Under the pieces are notes generated by a model. That model ran no database searches, had not been told where the DNA came from, and worked only from the letters and a program-made list of their open reading frames with translations. A stretch of 64,000 bases of DNA from Nannocystis bainbridge (GTDB lineage: Bacteria; Myxococcota_A; Polyangia; Nannocystales; Nannocystaceae): positions 896,001-960,000 of the forward strand of contig NZ_JAQNDL010000003.1 of NCBI RefSeq assembly GCF_028368995.1, given 5' to 3'. Positions 50,497 through 60,755 of this stretch are shown one piece after another. Every line of letters starts with the position of its first letter. Within the stretch, counting starts at the first letter, position 1. The position numbers were made by a program, and so were the translations under genes.

Positions 50497-51096
50497 ATGC
50501 GCCCCCTGATCTACATCGCCCTCGGCTGGCTGCTCCTGGCCGCCGTCGGCGGCCTCGGGCAGACGCTCGGGCTCACGATCATGCTGCCGGCCACCTCGGC
50601 CGCGCTGGTCGCCCACGTCGTGTTCGGGCGCGAGCTCTCGCTGCCGAGCGGCCTGCTGGTCGCCGTCAGCCTCGGCTACCTCGAGGACCTGGCCCAGGGG
50701 ACGCCCATCGGCCTGCTGTCGCTGGCCTATGGCCTGTCGTGCTGCGCCCTCGTGTGGTCGAGCCGGCGCCTCGCCGTCGAGGGCCCGATCGCGCGCGCCC
50801 TCGCGGCCGGGGTCGCCGCCGCCCTCGTCGACCTCGTCACCTTCGCCCTCCTCTTCTCCGTCCGCTTCCGCCTCGGCGTCGACACCGAGGCCCTCGTCAC
50901 CGGCCTCCTGCAGGCCCGCTGGCACGCCCTCGCCACCGTGCTCGCCGCCCCTGGCGTGTTCGTGCTCGCCGAGCTGGCCCTCGGCGCCTGGGACCGCGCC
51001 TTCGGCCGCCGGCCCCGCCCCGCTCGCCGCTCGCCGCTGCAGGCGCGCAGCGCCGGCTCCACCCTCGAGGGCGACGGCCCGTCCGATTGGACATGA
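50497..51096 (+). CDS. mreD: Rod shape-determining protein MreD
   Basis: Hydrophobic protein with LGYLEDLAQGTPIG, located between mreC and mrdA. Confidence 0.85.
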   Translation: MRPLIYIALGWLLLAAVGGLGQTLGLTIMLPATSAALVAHVVFGRELSLPSGLLVAVSLGYLEDLAQGTPIGLLSLAYGLSCCALVWSSRRLAVEGPIARALAAGVAAALVDLVTFALLFSVRFRLGVDTEALVTGLLQARWHALATVLAAPGVFVLAELALGAWDRAFGRRPRPARRSPLQARSAGSTLEGDGPSDWT

Positions 51097-51100
51097 CCCG

Positions 51101-53347
51101 ATGACCAGCCTACGCGAGCCCGACGACCTCCGCGCCCTGCGGCCCCGGCTGCAGGCGATGGTGCTCGTGGTCCTGCTCGCGCTGATGGTCCTGCTCGGGC
51201 GCCTGTGCCAGCTGCAGGTGCTCGAGGGCGAGCACTACGTGCGTCGGGCCGAGCGCAACTTCATCGACACCATCGAGGCCCCGGCCCTGCGCGGGCGGAT
51301 CTTCGACGCCCAGGGCCGGCCGCTCGCCGCCAACCGCCCGGCCTACACCCTCTACGTCACCCCGCGGCCGCGCATCGTCGTCGAGACCGACGACCCGCGC
51401 GCGCGCACCCAGACCGGCTCGCGCGTGCCGCTGTCCGACGCCCAGATCGACGCCCTCGCCGACCTCGTCGATTTCGTCGACGCCGCCGACCGCGAGCAGT
51501 TCACCGCCGCGATCGTGCGCCGGCGCGACCGCGACGAGGGCATCTATCCGTTCGCCGTGCGCGGCAACCTGACCTGGCAGGAGTTCGCGCGGATCCAGAC
51601 CCGCAAGGACGCCCTCGGCGACTGGCTCGAGATCCGCGAGAGCGCCCGCCGCTTCTATCCTGCCGGCGAGCTCACCGCTTTCGTCACCGGCTACGTCGGC
51701 GAGATCACCCCCGAGGGCCTCGCCAACTCCGCCGGCTCCTACCGCCCTGGCGACCGCGTCGGCAAGACCGGCATGGAGCGGCAGTGGGAGAACTACCTGC
51801 GCGGCCGCCCTGGCAAGCGCTCGCGCGTCGTCGACGTCCACCATCACCCGGTCAAGGACCCGCCGCGCGACGCCCTCGCCGCCTTGCCGCCTGACGAGGA
51901 CCCGATCCCCGGCCAGGACGTCTACCTCACCCTCGACCTCGACCTGCAGCGCGTCGCCGCCGAGGCGTTCGCCGACAAGCCCGCCGGGGCGCTCGTCGCC
52001 ATCGAGCCTGACACCGGCCGGATCGTCGCCATGATCAGCGTGCCGGCGATCGATCCCAACCGCTGGCAGCAGCCGATCGGCCGCGACCAGTACAAGGCCT
52101 GGTCCGAGAGCCTGCTCAAGCCCTTCATCGACCGCACCGTCCAGGAGCACTACTTCCCCGGCTCGACCTACAAGGTCGTCTCGGCCCTGTCCGCGCTCGA
52201 CGACCCGACCTTCGACCCCGAGAAGACGATCACCTGCGACGGCTACGTCAACTACGGCGGCCGCCGCTTCAAGTGCACGCACAAGCACGGCCCCGTCAAC
52301 CTCGAGCAGGCGATCGTGCAGTCGTGCAACGTGTACTTCTACACGCTGGCGATCGACACCGTGCTCAGCCTCGAGCGCATGGAGCTGTTCGCTCGCCGGC
52401 TCGGCCTCGGCGAGCGCACCGGCATCGGCATCAACAGCGAGGCCAAGGGTCGCATCCCGACCGAGGCCTTCGAGGCCCGCGAGGGCACCTACCAGCGCGG
52501 CGTCCGCCTCAACAGCGCCATCGGCCAGGGCAACGTCACCGCCACCGTCTTGCAGGTCGCCGTGCTCTACGCCGCGATCGCCAACGGCGGCCGCGTCATG
52601 ACCCCTTACATCGTCGACCGCATCGAGACCCCCGACCGTCGGCTCGTGCTGCAGAACAAGCCGCAGGTGCGCCGCGACCTCGAGCCGGTCCTGCCCGCCG
52701 ACCGCGACCGGATCCACGCTGGCCTCACCGGCGTCGTCAACAACGAGCTCGGCACCGCCTACAGCGAGCGGCTCGGCAGCGTCGTCGTCGCCGGCAAGAC
52801 CGGCACCGCCCAGGTCGGCGCCCTCGACAAGAAGAACAAGAACCCCAAGCCCGGCCCGATCCCCGGCTTCGACTTCAACCAGGACCACGCCTGGTTCGCC
52901 GGCTACGCCCCCGCCGACGCGCCCAAGATCGTCGTCGTCGCCTTCGTCGAGCACGGCGGCGTCGGTGCCGACGCGGCCGCGCCGATCGTCATGAAGGTCG
53001 TCGAGAGCTACCTCGGCAGCCGCTCCGAGACCCCCCAGCCGCGGCGCCCCGGCGGCGTCCCGCCGCCGCTGCCCGGCAAGCGCGGCCAGCAGGAGCTGCT
53101 CGGCGACAGCAACGCCACGCCCGACCGCGCCGTCGCCCTCACCGGCGCCCGCCTGCCCGGCGACCGCCCGCTCGGCCCGCCGCCGCCCAAGACCGAAGAG
53201 ACAGGTCTTTCCGGACATGTCGCAAAGGCCAGCTCGTTCGCGGGCTCGAGCCAGCCCGCCAAGAAGAAGAAGCAGCCCGGCCACAAGCCCGCCGCGCCCA
53301 AGCAATCGAAGAAGAAGAAGTCCGCCGCCAAGGAGCTCCTGCCGTGA
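51101..53347 (+). CDS. mrdA: Penicillin-binding protein 2
   Basis: RGRIFD, GKTGMER, PGSTYK (SxxK), SCN, KTGTAQ, DHAWF, with a Pro/Lys-rich tail. Confidence 0.96.
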   Translation: MTSLREPDDLRALRPRLQAMVLVVLLALMVLLGRLCQLQVLEGEHYVRRAERNFIDTIEAPALRGRIFDAQGRPLAANRPAYTLYVTPRPRIVVETDDPRARTQTGSRVPLSDAQIDALADLVDFVDAADREQFTAAIVRRRDRDEGIYPFAVRGNLTWQEFARIQTRKDALGDWLEIRESARRFYPAGELTAFVTGYVGEITPEGLANSAGSYRPGDRVGKTGMERQWENYLRGRPGKRSRVVDVHHHPVKDPPRDALAALPPDEDPIPGQDVYLTLDLDLQRVAAEAFADKPAGALVAIEPDTGRIVAMISVPAIDPNRWQQPIGRDQYKAWSESLLKPFIDRTVQEHYFPGSTYKVVSALSALDDPTFDPEKTITCDGYVNYGGRRFKCTHKHGPVNLEQAIVQSCNVYFYTLAIDTVLSLERMELFARRLGLGERTGIGINSEAKGRIPTEAFEAREGTYQRGVRLNSAIGQGNVTATVLQVAVLYAAIANGGRVMTPYIVDRIETPDRRLVLQNKPQVRRDLEPVLPADRDRIHAGLTGVVNNELGTAYSERLGSVVVAGKTGTAQVGALDKKNKNPKPGPIPGFDFNQDHAWFAGYAPADAPKIVVVAFVEHGGVGADAAAPIVMKVVESYLGSRSETPQPRRPGGVPPPLPGKRGQQELLGDSNATPDRAVALTGARLPGDRPLGPPPPKTEETGLSGHVAKASSFAGSSQPAKKKKQPGHKPAAPKQSKKKKSAAKELLP

Positions 53348-53402
53348 CGCTCACCCGCCGCCTCGACCTCGCCATCGCCTCGCCCGCGCAGGAGCTCCGG
53401 CG

Positions 53403-54521
53403 ATGAGCTCGATCGGCCGTCCGCGCTCGCTGCTGCGCCGGGTCGTGCAGAACATCGACTGGGTGCTCGTCACCCTCGTCGGCGGCATCATCGCGCTCGC
53501 GCTGATCAACCTCAACAGCGCCGGCAGCGGCGACTGGAGCGGCAAGATCCAGGTCCAGATGCGCTGGCTCGGCCTCGGCACGATCGCCGCCGTCATCGTC
53601 GCCACCCTCGACTACCGCGTCCTGCACCGCATGGCCTACGCCGCCTACCTCGGCGGCCTCGGCCTGCTCGGCCTCGTCCCGCTGATCGGCGTCATGCGCA
53701 ACGACGCCCGCCGCTGGCTCGAGCTCGGCGACTACCAGTTCCAGCCCTCGGAGCTGATGAAGATCCTCCTGATCTCCGCGCTCGCGCGCTACCTCAGCGA
53801 TCGGCCGAGCAAGGCCCCGCGCAAGGTCCGGCACCTCATCGTCCCGTTCATCATGTTCCTCGTGCCGGTGGCGCTGATCGTCAATCAGCCCGACCTCAGC
53901 ACCGGCATCATCTGCAGCCTGGTCGCGCTGACGATCCTCGCCCTGACCGAGCTCAGCCTCAAGAGCATCCTCGCCCTCATGACCACGGGCGTCACCCTGT
54001 TCATGCTCGGCTGGGCCTTCTTCATGCACAAGTACCAGCGCTCGCGCATCGACGTGTGGCTCAACCCCGAGGCCTACGCCGACGACGAGGGTTATCAGAC
54101 CATCCAGGCCATGATCGGCGTCGGCAACGGCGGCTTCTTCGGCCGCGGCGTCCGCCAGGGCACCCAGAACACCCTCGATTTCCTGCCCTACGGCGACACC
54201 GACTTCCCGTTCGCCGTCTACGCCGAGGAGTGGGGCTTCCTCGGCGCCGCCACCGTCCTGATCATGTTCGTCGCCCTGGTGCTGTGGGGCCTCGGCCTCG
54301 CCTCCCAGGCCCGCGACCGCTTCGGCGCCCTGCTGTGCGTCGGCGTCTCGTCGCTGTTCTTCTTCCACCTCATCATCAACGTCGGCATGGTCCTGCAGCT
54401 CCTGCCCGTCACCGGCATCACGATCCCCTTCTTCAGCGTCGGCGGCTCCAACGCCCTGGCGATGATGCTCGGCATCGGCATCCTCATGAGCGTCAGCCGC
54501 TCGCGACACCAGCGCGGCTGA
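53403..54521 (+). CDS. rodA: Peptidoglycan glycosyltransferase RodA
   Basis: QPSELMK, QPDL, GYQTIQAMIGVGNGG, TDFPF, EEWGFLG, LLPVTGITIPFFS.GGS. Confidence 0.96.
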   Translation: MSSIGRPRSLLRRVVQNIDWVLVTLVGGIIALALINLNSAGSGDWSGKIQVQMRWLGLGTIAAVIVATLDYRVLHRMAYAAYLGGLGLLGLVPLIGVMRNDARRWLELGDYQFQPSELMKILLISALARYLSDRPSKAPRKVRHLIVPFIMFLVPVALIVNQPDLSTGIICSLVALTILALTELSLKSILALMTTGVTLFMLGWAFFMHKYQRSRIDVWLNPEAYADDEGYQTIQAMIGVGNGGFFGRGVRQGTQNTLDFLPYGDTDFPFAVYAEEWGFLGAATVLIMFVALVLWGLGLASQARDRFGALLCVGVSSLFFFHLIINVGMVLQLLPVTGITIPFFSVGGSNALAMMLGIGILMSVSRSRHQRG

Positions 54522-54587
54522 CCGCTGCTTGTCCCTTCCGGGGTCGCGGCGCCGCGACTCGACCCGAGGGACATGTCCTTCGGGCCA

Positions 54588-54955
54588 TCATGTCTCGCAC
54601 CCAGTGTCGCTGATCTCGCTGCAGTAGATGACGATGGTGCCGTCTTCTGCCAGTTCGGCGCCCTCGAGGTCGGCCAGGTAGCAGATAGACTCGTACTCGA
54701 TGCATCGGTCGAGGGCCTTCGCGTCGCACCTGGACGGGTAAGCGAGCACGCCGCGCAGCTCTCGGGGATCGGCTCGCAACCGCGGCAGTTGCAATTCGGG
54801 TCGTCGCCGGTCGACAGGGTACAGAACTCCCCCCCGGCGCACGAATCGCAGGGATTCGCCCCTCCGGCTGCGATCGCCGAGGGGCCTCTTCGACCCGGAC
54901 AACCTGGGATCAGCACGGCGAGCAGCGCGACGATCGAGATCCGGCAAATCAACAT
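54588..54955 (-). pseudogene. Apparently frameshifted small Cys-rich lipoprotein
   Basis: MLICRISIVALLAVLIPGC...CEPIPESCA is in one frame and YPSRCDAKALDRCIEYESICYLAD...GCET* is in another. The shift is near 54740-54755. Confidence 0.55.
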
Positions 54956-55320
54956 AACCCCCCCAGACTACACAGACGCGCGCAGCGAAGACAGTCAAGG
55001 ACGGCGACCCGGGCCACGCCTTGTCACCAGCGGTCGTTACGCCAGTAAGTCGTGTCCTTCGTGGACGACGTAGCGTCCGCCGCTCGCTACACCAGCGCGG
55101 CCGACCGCTCCTGACGCCCTGGCTCGCCCGCCGCCCCGCGGCACACCGTGCTCGCGGCCTCGGTCCACCCGACGCCGACCTCCCGCACAGCCCTCCGACC
55201 GCGCAGAACGACGCCCCACGCGGCAGCGCCCGGTCGCTTTTTAAAAGCGAAATCAACCTGTCCCCGGGGACATCCCCGCGAAATTGGCGCTCCCTCCTCG
55301 CAGCGAGTACACCCCTGCCC

Positions 55321-56133
55321 ATGCTCCCCCGCCTCGCCTTCGCCGCCTTGCTCGTCAGCGCCTGCACCGCCCCCGACGCTCCGCAGGCCGCACCGCCGGC
55401 GACCCCGCGCGCCGAGGCGCCTGCGCCCGCGCCCGAGTCGCCGAAGACGCTCGGCGCCGCGTTCGAGCAGCCGGGAGATCCGCGCCAGCAGATCGATCGA
55501 CTCACCGTCTGGGGTTGGTCCCGCGACGGCCGCTATTTCGCGTTCGAGACCTTCGACGCCGGCCCGGGCGCTGCCACCTGCGAGGGCGCGGCGCGGCTGT
55601 TCGTGGTCGACGCCGACAGCGACACCTTCGTGCCCGACGGCGTCGTCGAGGTCCGCCCCAACAGCCCTGACGCCCAGCCGTGCGACCCGCCCGACCTGCG
55701 GGCCGCCCTGGCACCCAAGCGCACCGCCCTGCTGCAGAAGCACGGCATCGAGGTCGGCCACCTGCTGGCCCCCACCGAGCCGAAGCCGGCCGCCGCCGCG
55801 CGTCCCGGCGCCAAGACGTACTCGATCGCCCTGCCGCCCGCTCGGGAGGCGCTCGCCACGATCGAGGTCCTCGGCGGCGACCGCGAGCACGCCCACGAGG
55901 GCAAGGGCGCCGCCTTCAAGCTCGCGCTCGAGCTCGCCGATCACACCGCGCTTCAGCTCGAGCCCGGCGTGCGGCGGCGGCCTTACATCTGGAACTACGA
56001 CCTCGACCGCGGCCTCGTGTTCACCAGCCCCGACGGCACGCACATGGCGGTCCTCACCGCCACCACCGAGCTGAGCTTCGAGGGCGACCGCACCTCGTGG
56101 ATGACGAACGCGTTCCGCCTGCCGCCCGCTTGA
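55321..56133 (+). CDS. Lipoprotein, DUF2259-like secreted protein
   Basis: Lipobox VSAC and WGWSRDGRYFAFE motif. Confidence 0.75.
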   Translation: MLPRLAFAALLVSACTAPDAPQAAPPATPRAEAPAPAPESPKTLGAAFEQPGDPRQQIDRLTVWGWSRDGRYFAFETFDAGPGAATCEGAARLFVVDADSDTFVPDGVVEVRPNSPDAQPCDPPDLRAALAPKRTALLQKHGIEVGHLLAPTEPKPAAAARPGAKTYSIALPPAREALATIEVLGGDREHAHEGKGAAFKLALELADHTALQLEPGVRRRPYIWNYDLDRGLVFTSPDGTHMAVLTATTELSFEGDRTSWMTNAFRLPPA

Positions 56134-56294
56134 GCGAATCATACGACCGCGGGAATGATCCTACCCGCCGGTTGCTCGCCTGATTCGGCCCCGTTCGCCC
56201 GCCCGGGCCAATCATGCCAGTCGGCCGGAGCACGGCGGCTCGCTCGTCTCGACGAGCGAAGCGCGGGTGCTATCGCTGCGGCGGAGGCCCGGCC

Positions 56295-58190
56295 ATGCAT
56301 CGCCTCGTCCCGCTCGCCGCCATCACCGTCGCCCTGCTCTCCTGCAGCTTCAGCTATCGTTCGGGCAGCACCCCGCAGTCGGAGCCCGGGCGGCCGACGG
56401 CGGGCAAGCCCGCCAGACCGTCCCGGGGCAAGCCTGCGCGGCCGGTGAGCAGCACCACCAAGCCCGCCGAACCGGTCGCCCGCCGGCCCACCACCACCTC
56501 GCCGAAGCCACCGACCCGCCCGGTCGAGTCGATCACCGCCGCCGACCGCGTGTTCTTCGGCGGCCCCGTGATCACCATGCGCGTCGACGATGCCGGCAAC
56601 CCGATCGTCGCCGAGGCCCTCGCCGTGCGCGACGGCGAGATCGTCGCTGTCGGCGACCGCACCGAAGTCTTTAAAAAGTTCGCCGACGCCGACACGGAGC
56701 GCATCGACCTCGCCGGCAAGGCCCTGTTGCCCGGCTTCATCGACGGCCACGGCCACCTCGCCGCCGTCGCCGAGCGCAGCGACCAGGTCCAGCTGGGCGC
56801 GCCGCCGATCGGCGGCGTGCGATCGATCGCCGATGTCCAGCGGCTCCTGCGCGCCGACATCAAGCAGCGCAAGCTCGCCGGCGGGCAATGGGTCCTCGGC
56901 TGGAACTACGACGATTCACGGCTCCGCGAGGCGCGGGCGCCCACGCGCGCCGACCTCGACGCCGTCTCGACCATGCACCCGATCGCCGTCTTTCACGCCT
57001 CGGGGTTAGTCGCCGTCGTCAACACCGCGGCGCTGCGCCAGCTCGGGATCGACGCTGCCACCGCCGACCCGGCCGGCGGGCAGATCGTGCGTCAGCCGCG
57101 GTCGCGCGAGCCGAGCGGCGTGCTCGCGGACAGCGCCGTCTTCCTCGTCACGCGCGCCCTGCCGCGGCAGGACGACGACGAACGGGCCGCGCAGCTCGTC
57201 CAGGCCGAGCGGCAGTATGCGCGCCGCGGCTTCACCACCGTGCAGACCGGCGTCGCCTCGCCCGACGAGCTCGACGCCTTGCGCCGGCTGGCCCGCGCCG
57301 ACAAGCACGAGGTCGACCTCGTCGCCTATCCGGTCGTCGCCAGCATGGCCGACGCCGAGCGCCTCGTCGGTCAGCGCTTCGGCGCCTGGGAGCGCGGCCT
57401 CAAGCTCGGCGGCATCGAGCTCGTGCTCGACGGCCCGCTGTTCGCGCGCGCCGCCTGGCTCAGCGCCGCCTACACGTCGCTGCCCCCCGGCAAGCCTCGC
57501 GGCTGGCGCGGCGCGGCCCGCATGCCCGCGACCGACGTCGAGCAGATCCTCGAGCTCGCGGTCGACCAGGGCTGGCAGGTCCTCGCCCACGCCGACGGCG
57601 ACGCCGCGGCCGAGCAGTACCTCGACGCCTGGGAGCGCGCGCTCGAGGGCCGCCGCGTGATCGAGCGCCGGCCCGTCCTGCTGCGCGCCCAGACCGTGCG
57701 CGAGGACCAGCTCGATCGCCTGCGCGAGCTCGGCATGGTGCCCTCGTTCGCCAGCGCCGAGCTGTTCTACTGGGGCGACTGGTACCGCGACACCGCGCTC
57801 GGCCCGGCCCGCGCCGCGCGGCTCGACCCGGCCCAGTCGGCGCTCGCGCGCGGCCTGCTGTTCACCCTGCAGACCGACGCCCCGACGGTCCCCGCCGACC
57901 CGATGCTGCTGCTCGCCAGCGCCGTCGGCCGCACCACCCGCAGCGGCAAGGTCCTCGGCCCGACCCAGCGGATCCCCGTGTTCGACGGCCTGCGCGGCCT
58001 CACCAGCAGCGGCGCCCACCAGAGCTTCGACAGCGAGCGCAAGGGCGAGCTCGTCGTCGGCCGCGCCGCCGACCTCGTGATCTTGGGCCGCAACCCGCTG
58101 ACCGTGCGCACGGACGAGCTCCGGTCCCTGCGCGCCCTCGCCACCTACCGCCGGGGCGCCCCGGTCTTCCAGGCCCGGCCGCCGCGCTGA
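56295..58190 (+). CDS. Amidohydrolase-3 (YtcJ-like) lipoprotein with degenerate metal site
   Basis: DLAGKALLPGFIDGHGH, HADGD, GELVVGRAADLVIL, lipobox LLSC. Confidence 0.88.
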   Translation: MHRLVPLAAITVALLSCSFSYRSGSTPQSEPGRPTAGKPARPSRGKPARPVSSTTKPAEPVARRPTTTSPKPPTRPVESITAADRVFFGGPVITMRVDDAGNPIVAEALAVRDGEIVAVGDRTEVFKKFADADTERIDLAGKALLPGFIDGHGHLAAVAERSDQVQLGAPPIGGVRSIADVQRLLRADIKQRKLAGGQWVLGWNYDDSRLREARAPTRADLDAVSTMHPIAVFHASGLVAVVNTAALRQLGIDAATADPAGGQIVRQPRSREPSGVLADSAVFLVTRALPRQDDDERAAQLVQAERQYARRGFTTVQTGVASPDELDALRRLARADKHEVDLVAYPVVASMADAERLVGQRFGAWERGLKLGGIELVLDGPLFARAAWLSAAYTSLPPGKPRGWRGAARMPATDVEQILELAVDQGWQVLAHADGDAAAEQYLDAWERALEGRRVIERRPVLLRAQTVREDQLDRLRELGMVPSFASAELFYWGDWYRDTALGPARAARLDPAQSALARGLLFTLQTDAPTVPADPMLLLASAVGRTTRSGKVLGPTQRIPVFDGLRGLTSSGAHQSFDSERKGELVVGRAADLVILGRNPLTVRTDELRSLRALATYRRGAPVFQARPPR

Positions 58191-58205
58191 CAGCCCGAAG
58201 ATTTT

Positions 58206-58327
58206 TCAAATGTCCCTTGAGACATGCTCCCACGAACATGTCCTCTACGACATTTCCTGTTCAACATGTCCTCACAGACATGTCTTGTCCAGCGCTCTGT
58301 CTCGGACATGTCCCGCAAGACATGCCC
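58206..58327. repeat. 14-bp-period palindrome array, 9 units, between convergent genes
   Basis: Cores at 58209, 58223, 58237, 58251, 58265, 58279, (58293 degenerate), 58307, 58321. Confidence 0.93.
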
Positions 58328-58336
58328 GACCAGCCT

Positions 58337-58714
58337 CTACCCTGCCAGCAGCCGCCCGATCCGCGACCCCAGCGCCACCATCAGCGCCCCGCCGCCGACG
58401 TGCAGCCCCAGCTGCCACGCCAGCGGCGCCCAGCGGGCCTCGCCGGCCAGCTCGACCGTCAGCAGCGCGAACGAGCTGTAGGTCGTGAACCCGCCGAGCA
58501 GCCCCGCCACCGCGATCGCCCGCGCCGGGCCTTGCGGCAGGATTGGCGCCAGCACCCCGATCGCCAGGCAGCCGATCAGGTTGACCGCCAGCGTGCCCGC
58601 GTACGGCAGCGTCGCCTCGGCCCAGCGGTCGACCCGCAGGGCCAGCACGAACCGCAGGCACACCCCGCAGCCGCCGGCCGCGAACAGCCCCGCCCACTGC
58701 CACGCGCTCGTCAT
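58337..58714 (-). CDS. crcB: Fluoride efflux channel CrcB/FluC
   Basis: GG.G..LRF, GTLAVNLIGC, GLLGGFTTYSSF. Confidence 0.93.
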   Translation of the reverse strand: MTSAWQWAGLFAAGGCGVCLRFVLALRVDRWAEATLPYAGTLAVNLIGCLAIGVLAPILPQGPARAIAVAGLLGGFTTYSSFALLTVELAGEARWAPLAWQLGLHVGGGALMVALGSRIGRLLAG

Positions 58715-58716
58715 CC

Positions 58717-59835
58717 TCAGCCGGCCTTGCCGCTCGCGCCCACGGCCCCCGTCACCGACGCGCTGGCCTTGAACGACACGTTGATGCTGACCGACGCCGT
58801 CGCCACCGCCGACGCCGCCGCCGTCACGCACGCGATCGCTTGCTCGCCCGCGCCCTGCAGCTTGCCGCGCAGCTCGCCGCCGAGGCGGACCAGCGTCTGC
58901 ACCTCGCCGCCGATCTCCCGCCCCAGCTTGACCTGCGCCGCGATCAACACCGGCAGGTTGGCCGACAGCGACGCCACCAGCTTGCCCAGCGCCTGCGCCT
59001 CGCTCGAGGTCTTCACCGAGAGCTTCGGCTGCGAGCAGCGGGCCGAGAACTTCACGCTCGCCTCGCAGCTCGCCTTGCAGTCGGCGTCGACCTTCGGCGG
59101 CGTCACCCGGCCCTCGCACTTCGGCGCCTGCCAGGTGCCCTGGCACGACGCGTGGCACGTCGCGTCGCACTGGCCGGTGCACGTCCCCTCGCACTTGCCG
59201 GCGCAGCGGCCCTGCGCGTCCTTGACCGCGCACTCGCCCTGGCACTGGCCCGAGCAGCGGCCGTCGCACTGGCCCTTGCACGTGCCCTGGCAGCGGCCCG
59301 ACAGCTTGGCCGGCGTGCACTGGGCCACGATCTCGCCGGGGTCGACGTCGACCTTGCAGCGGCCGTCGCAGCGGGCCCGCGCCGACGCGTCGACGTCGCA
59401 CTTCGGCGGCGTGTAGTCGGCCTCGATCTTGACCCCGCCCTTCAGCATCCCCTGCACCCGGGCCGACACCGCCCCGCACGCCGCCTGCGACGCCGTCGAG
59501 TTCTGGTTCGGCTGCATCGCCGCCGGGTTGACGCCGATGTCGCCGCCGATCCTGCGGCAGGCGGAGGTGACCTCGCTGTCCCACTGCATCGCCAGCCGCT
59601 GCAGATCCTTGGCCGCCTGCACGAACGCCCCGACCTTGGCGTTGAGCTCGGCCTTGGCGGTGTACTTGACCCCGAGCGCGTCACCGCCGCTCGCCAGCGC
59701 CGGGCAGGCCACCGCGCCGGCGACGTTGGCGATGTTGGAGGTCGTCTGACCTGTCCCCGAGGACAGGAAGTTGCACGCGCCGGCGACGGCGGCCGCGGCG
59801 AAGATCACGAGGGCGGCCCGCGAGGTCTGCGACAT
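58717..59835 (-). CDS. Myxobacterial Cys-rich lipoprotein with CxGxC repeats and helical flanks
   Basis: Lipobox AGAC and CQGTCKGQCDGRCSGQCQGEC...CAGKCEGTCTGQC. Confidence 0.85.
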   Translation of the reverse strand: MSQTSRAALVIFAAAAVAGACNFLSSGTGQTTSNIANVAGAVACPALASGGDALGVKYTAKAELNAKVGAFVQAAKDLQRLAMQWDSEVTSACRRIGGDIGVNPAAMQPNQNSTASQAACGAVSARVQGMLKGGVKIEADYTPPKCDVDASARARCDGRCKVDVDPGEIVAQCTPAKLSGRCQGTCKGQCDGRCSGQCQGECAVKDAQGRCAGKCEGTCTGQCDATCHASCQGTWQAPKCEGRVTPPKVDADCKASCEASVKFSARCSQPKLSVKTSSEAQALGKLVASLSANLPVLIAAQVKLGREIGGEVQTLVRLGGELRGKLQGAGEQAIACVTAAASAVATASVSINVSFKASASVTGAVGASGKAG

Positions 59836-59903
59836 GGCCGCGAGTGTCCCAGGTCGGCCCGAGCGGCGCAATCGCGCCGCCCTCGTTCACGGCGTTCCGC
59901 GGG

Positions 59904-60392
59904 TCAGCACGAGCCGACCGGGCAGCTGAAGCGCCCGCCGCCGCAGTCCGACGCCGCCACCGAGCTGCCGTCGGCCGCGGCGCAGCGGACATCGCAGTTG
60001 CCGACCGACTCGCAGGTGACCTCGCCGCTGACCATCACGACCTCGCAGTTCGAGAGGTTGCTGCAGTCGACCGCGCAGTCGGTCCCGCAGGCCACGTCGC
60101 AGTTGCTCACCGCATCGCAGTCGACCGAGCAGCCGTCGCCACACTCGAGGTCGCAGTTGGAGTTGTTGTGACACGACAGCTCGCAGAGGTCGCCGCAGCC
60201 GGCGTCGCAGTTGCTGACGTCGTGGCACTCGGCCGCGCAGCCCTCGGCGGGGCAATCGAGCAGGCAGTTGTCGCCGCCGCTGCAGCCGCAGGTCGTCCCG
60301 GCGCAGTAGCCCGGGGCCGGCGGCGGACCGCAAGAGCCGAGGGCCATCGACGAGACGAACAGGAACAGCCCGAGGAGCGACGTGCCGCGCAT
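59904..60392 (-). CDS. Small Cys-repeat lipoprotein
   Basis: Lipobox LGSC and about 18-aa repeats C...C..(S)NC...CG. Confidence 0.8.
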   Translation of the reverse strand: MRGTSLLGLFLFVSSMALGSCGPPPAPGYCAGTTCGCSGGDNCLLDCPAEGCAAECHDVSNCDAGCGDLCELSCHNNSNCDLECGDGCSVDCDAVSNCDVACGTDCAVDCSNLSNCEVVMVSGEVTCESVGNCDVRCAAADGSSVAASDCGGGRFSCPVGSC

Positions 60393-60703
60393 GCGGCGGA
60401 CCCTACCACGACCGTTCCGGCGCGCACGCCCGGGTTCGCTCGCGTCGCGCCGGCCCCGCGTCGCCGCCAGCGTGCGCGCCGTGAGAGGCTCGCCGACCCG
60501 CTGCCGCCCGTGACCCCCGACCTGCTCGCCGGCCCGCTGCGGAGCGCCCTGAGCCACGCCGCGCGCGTGCGAGCCGGGCCGCCCGGACCCCGCGCCCCAC
60601 GGCGGCGACGAGGCCTGGAATCCGCCGCCGCGGCTCGCGATGCCCGCCGCTTGCACGACCCCGGCCCGGCCGCCACAGAGCCGGCGTCTCGCCGGTGATT
60701 CGC

Positions 60704-60727
60704 CGACATGTCCCTTCGGACATCTCG
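60704..60727. repeat. 14-bp-period palindrome pair upstream of the lectin gene
   Basis: CGACATGTCC CTTC GGACATCTCG. Confidence 0.65.
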
Positions 60728-60755
60728 CCGATCGCCGACCTCAGGAGGTTCCACC

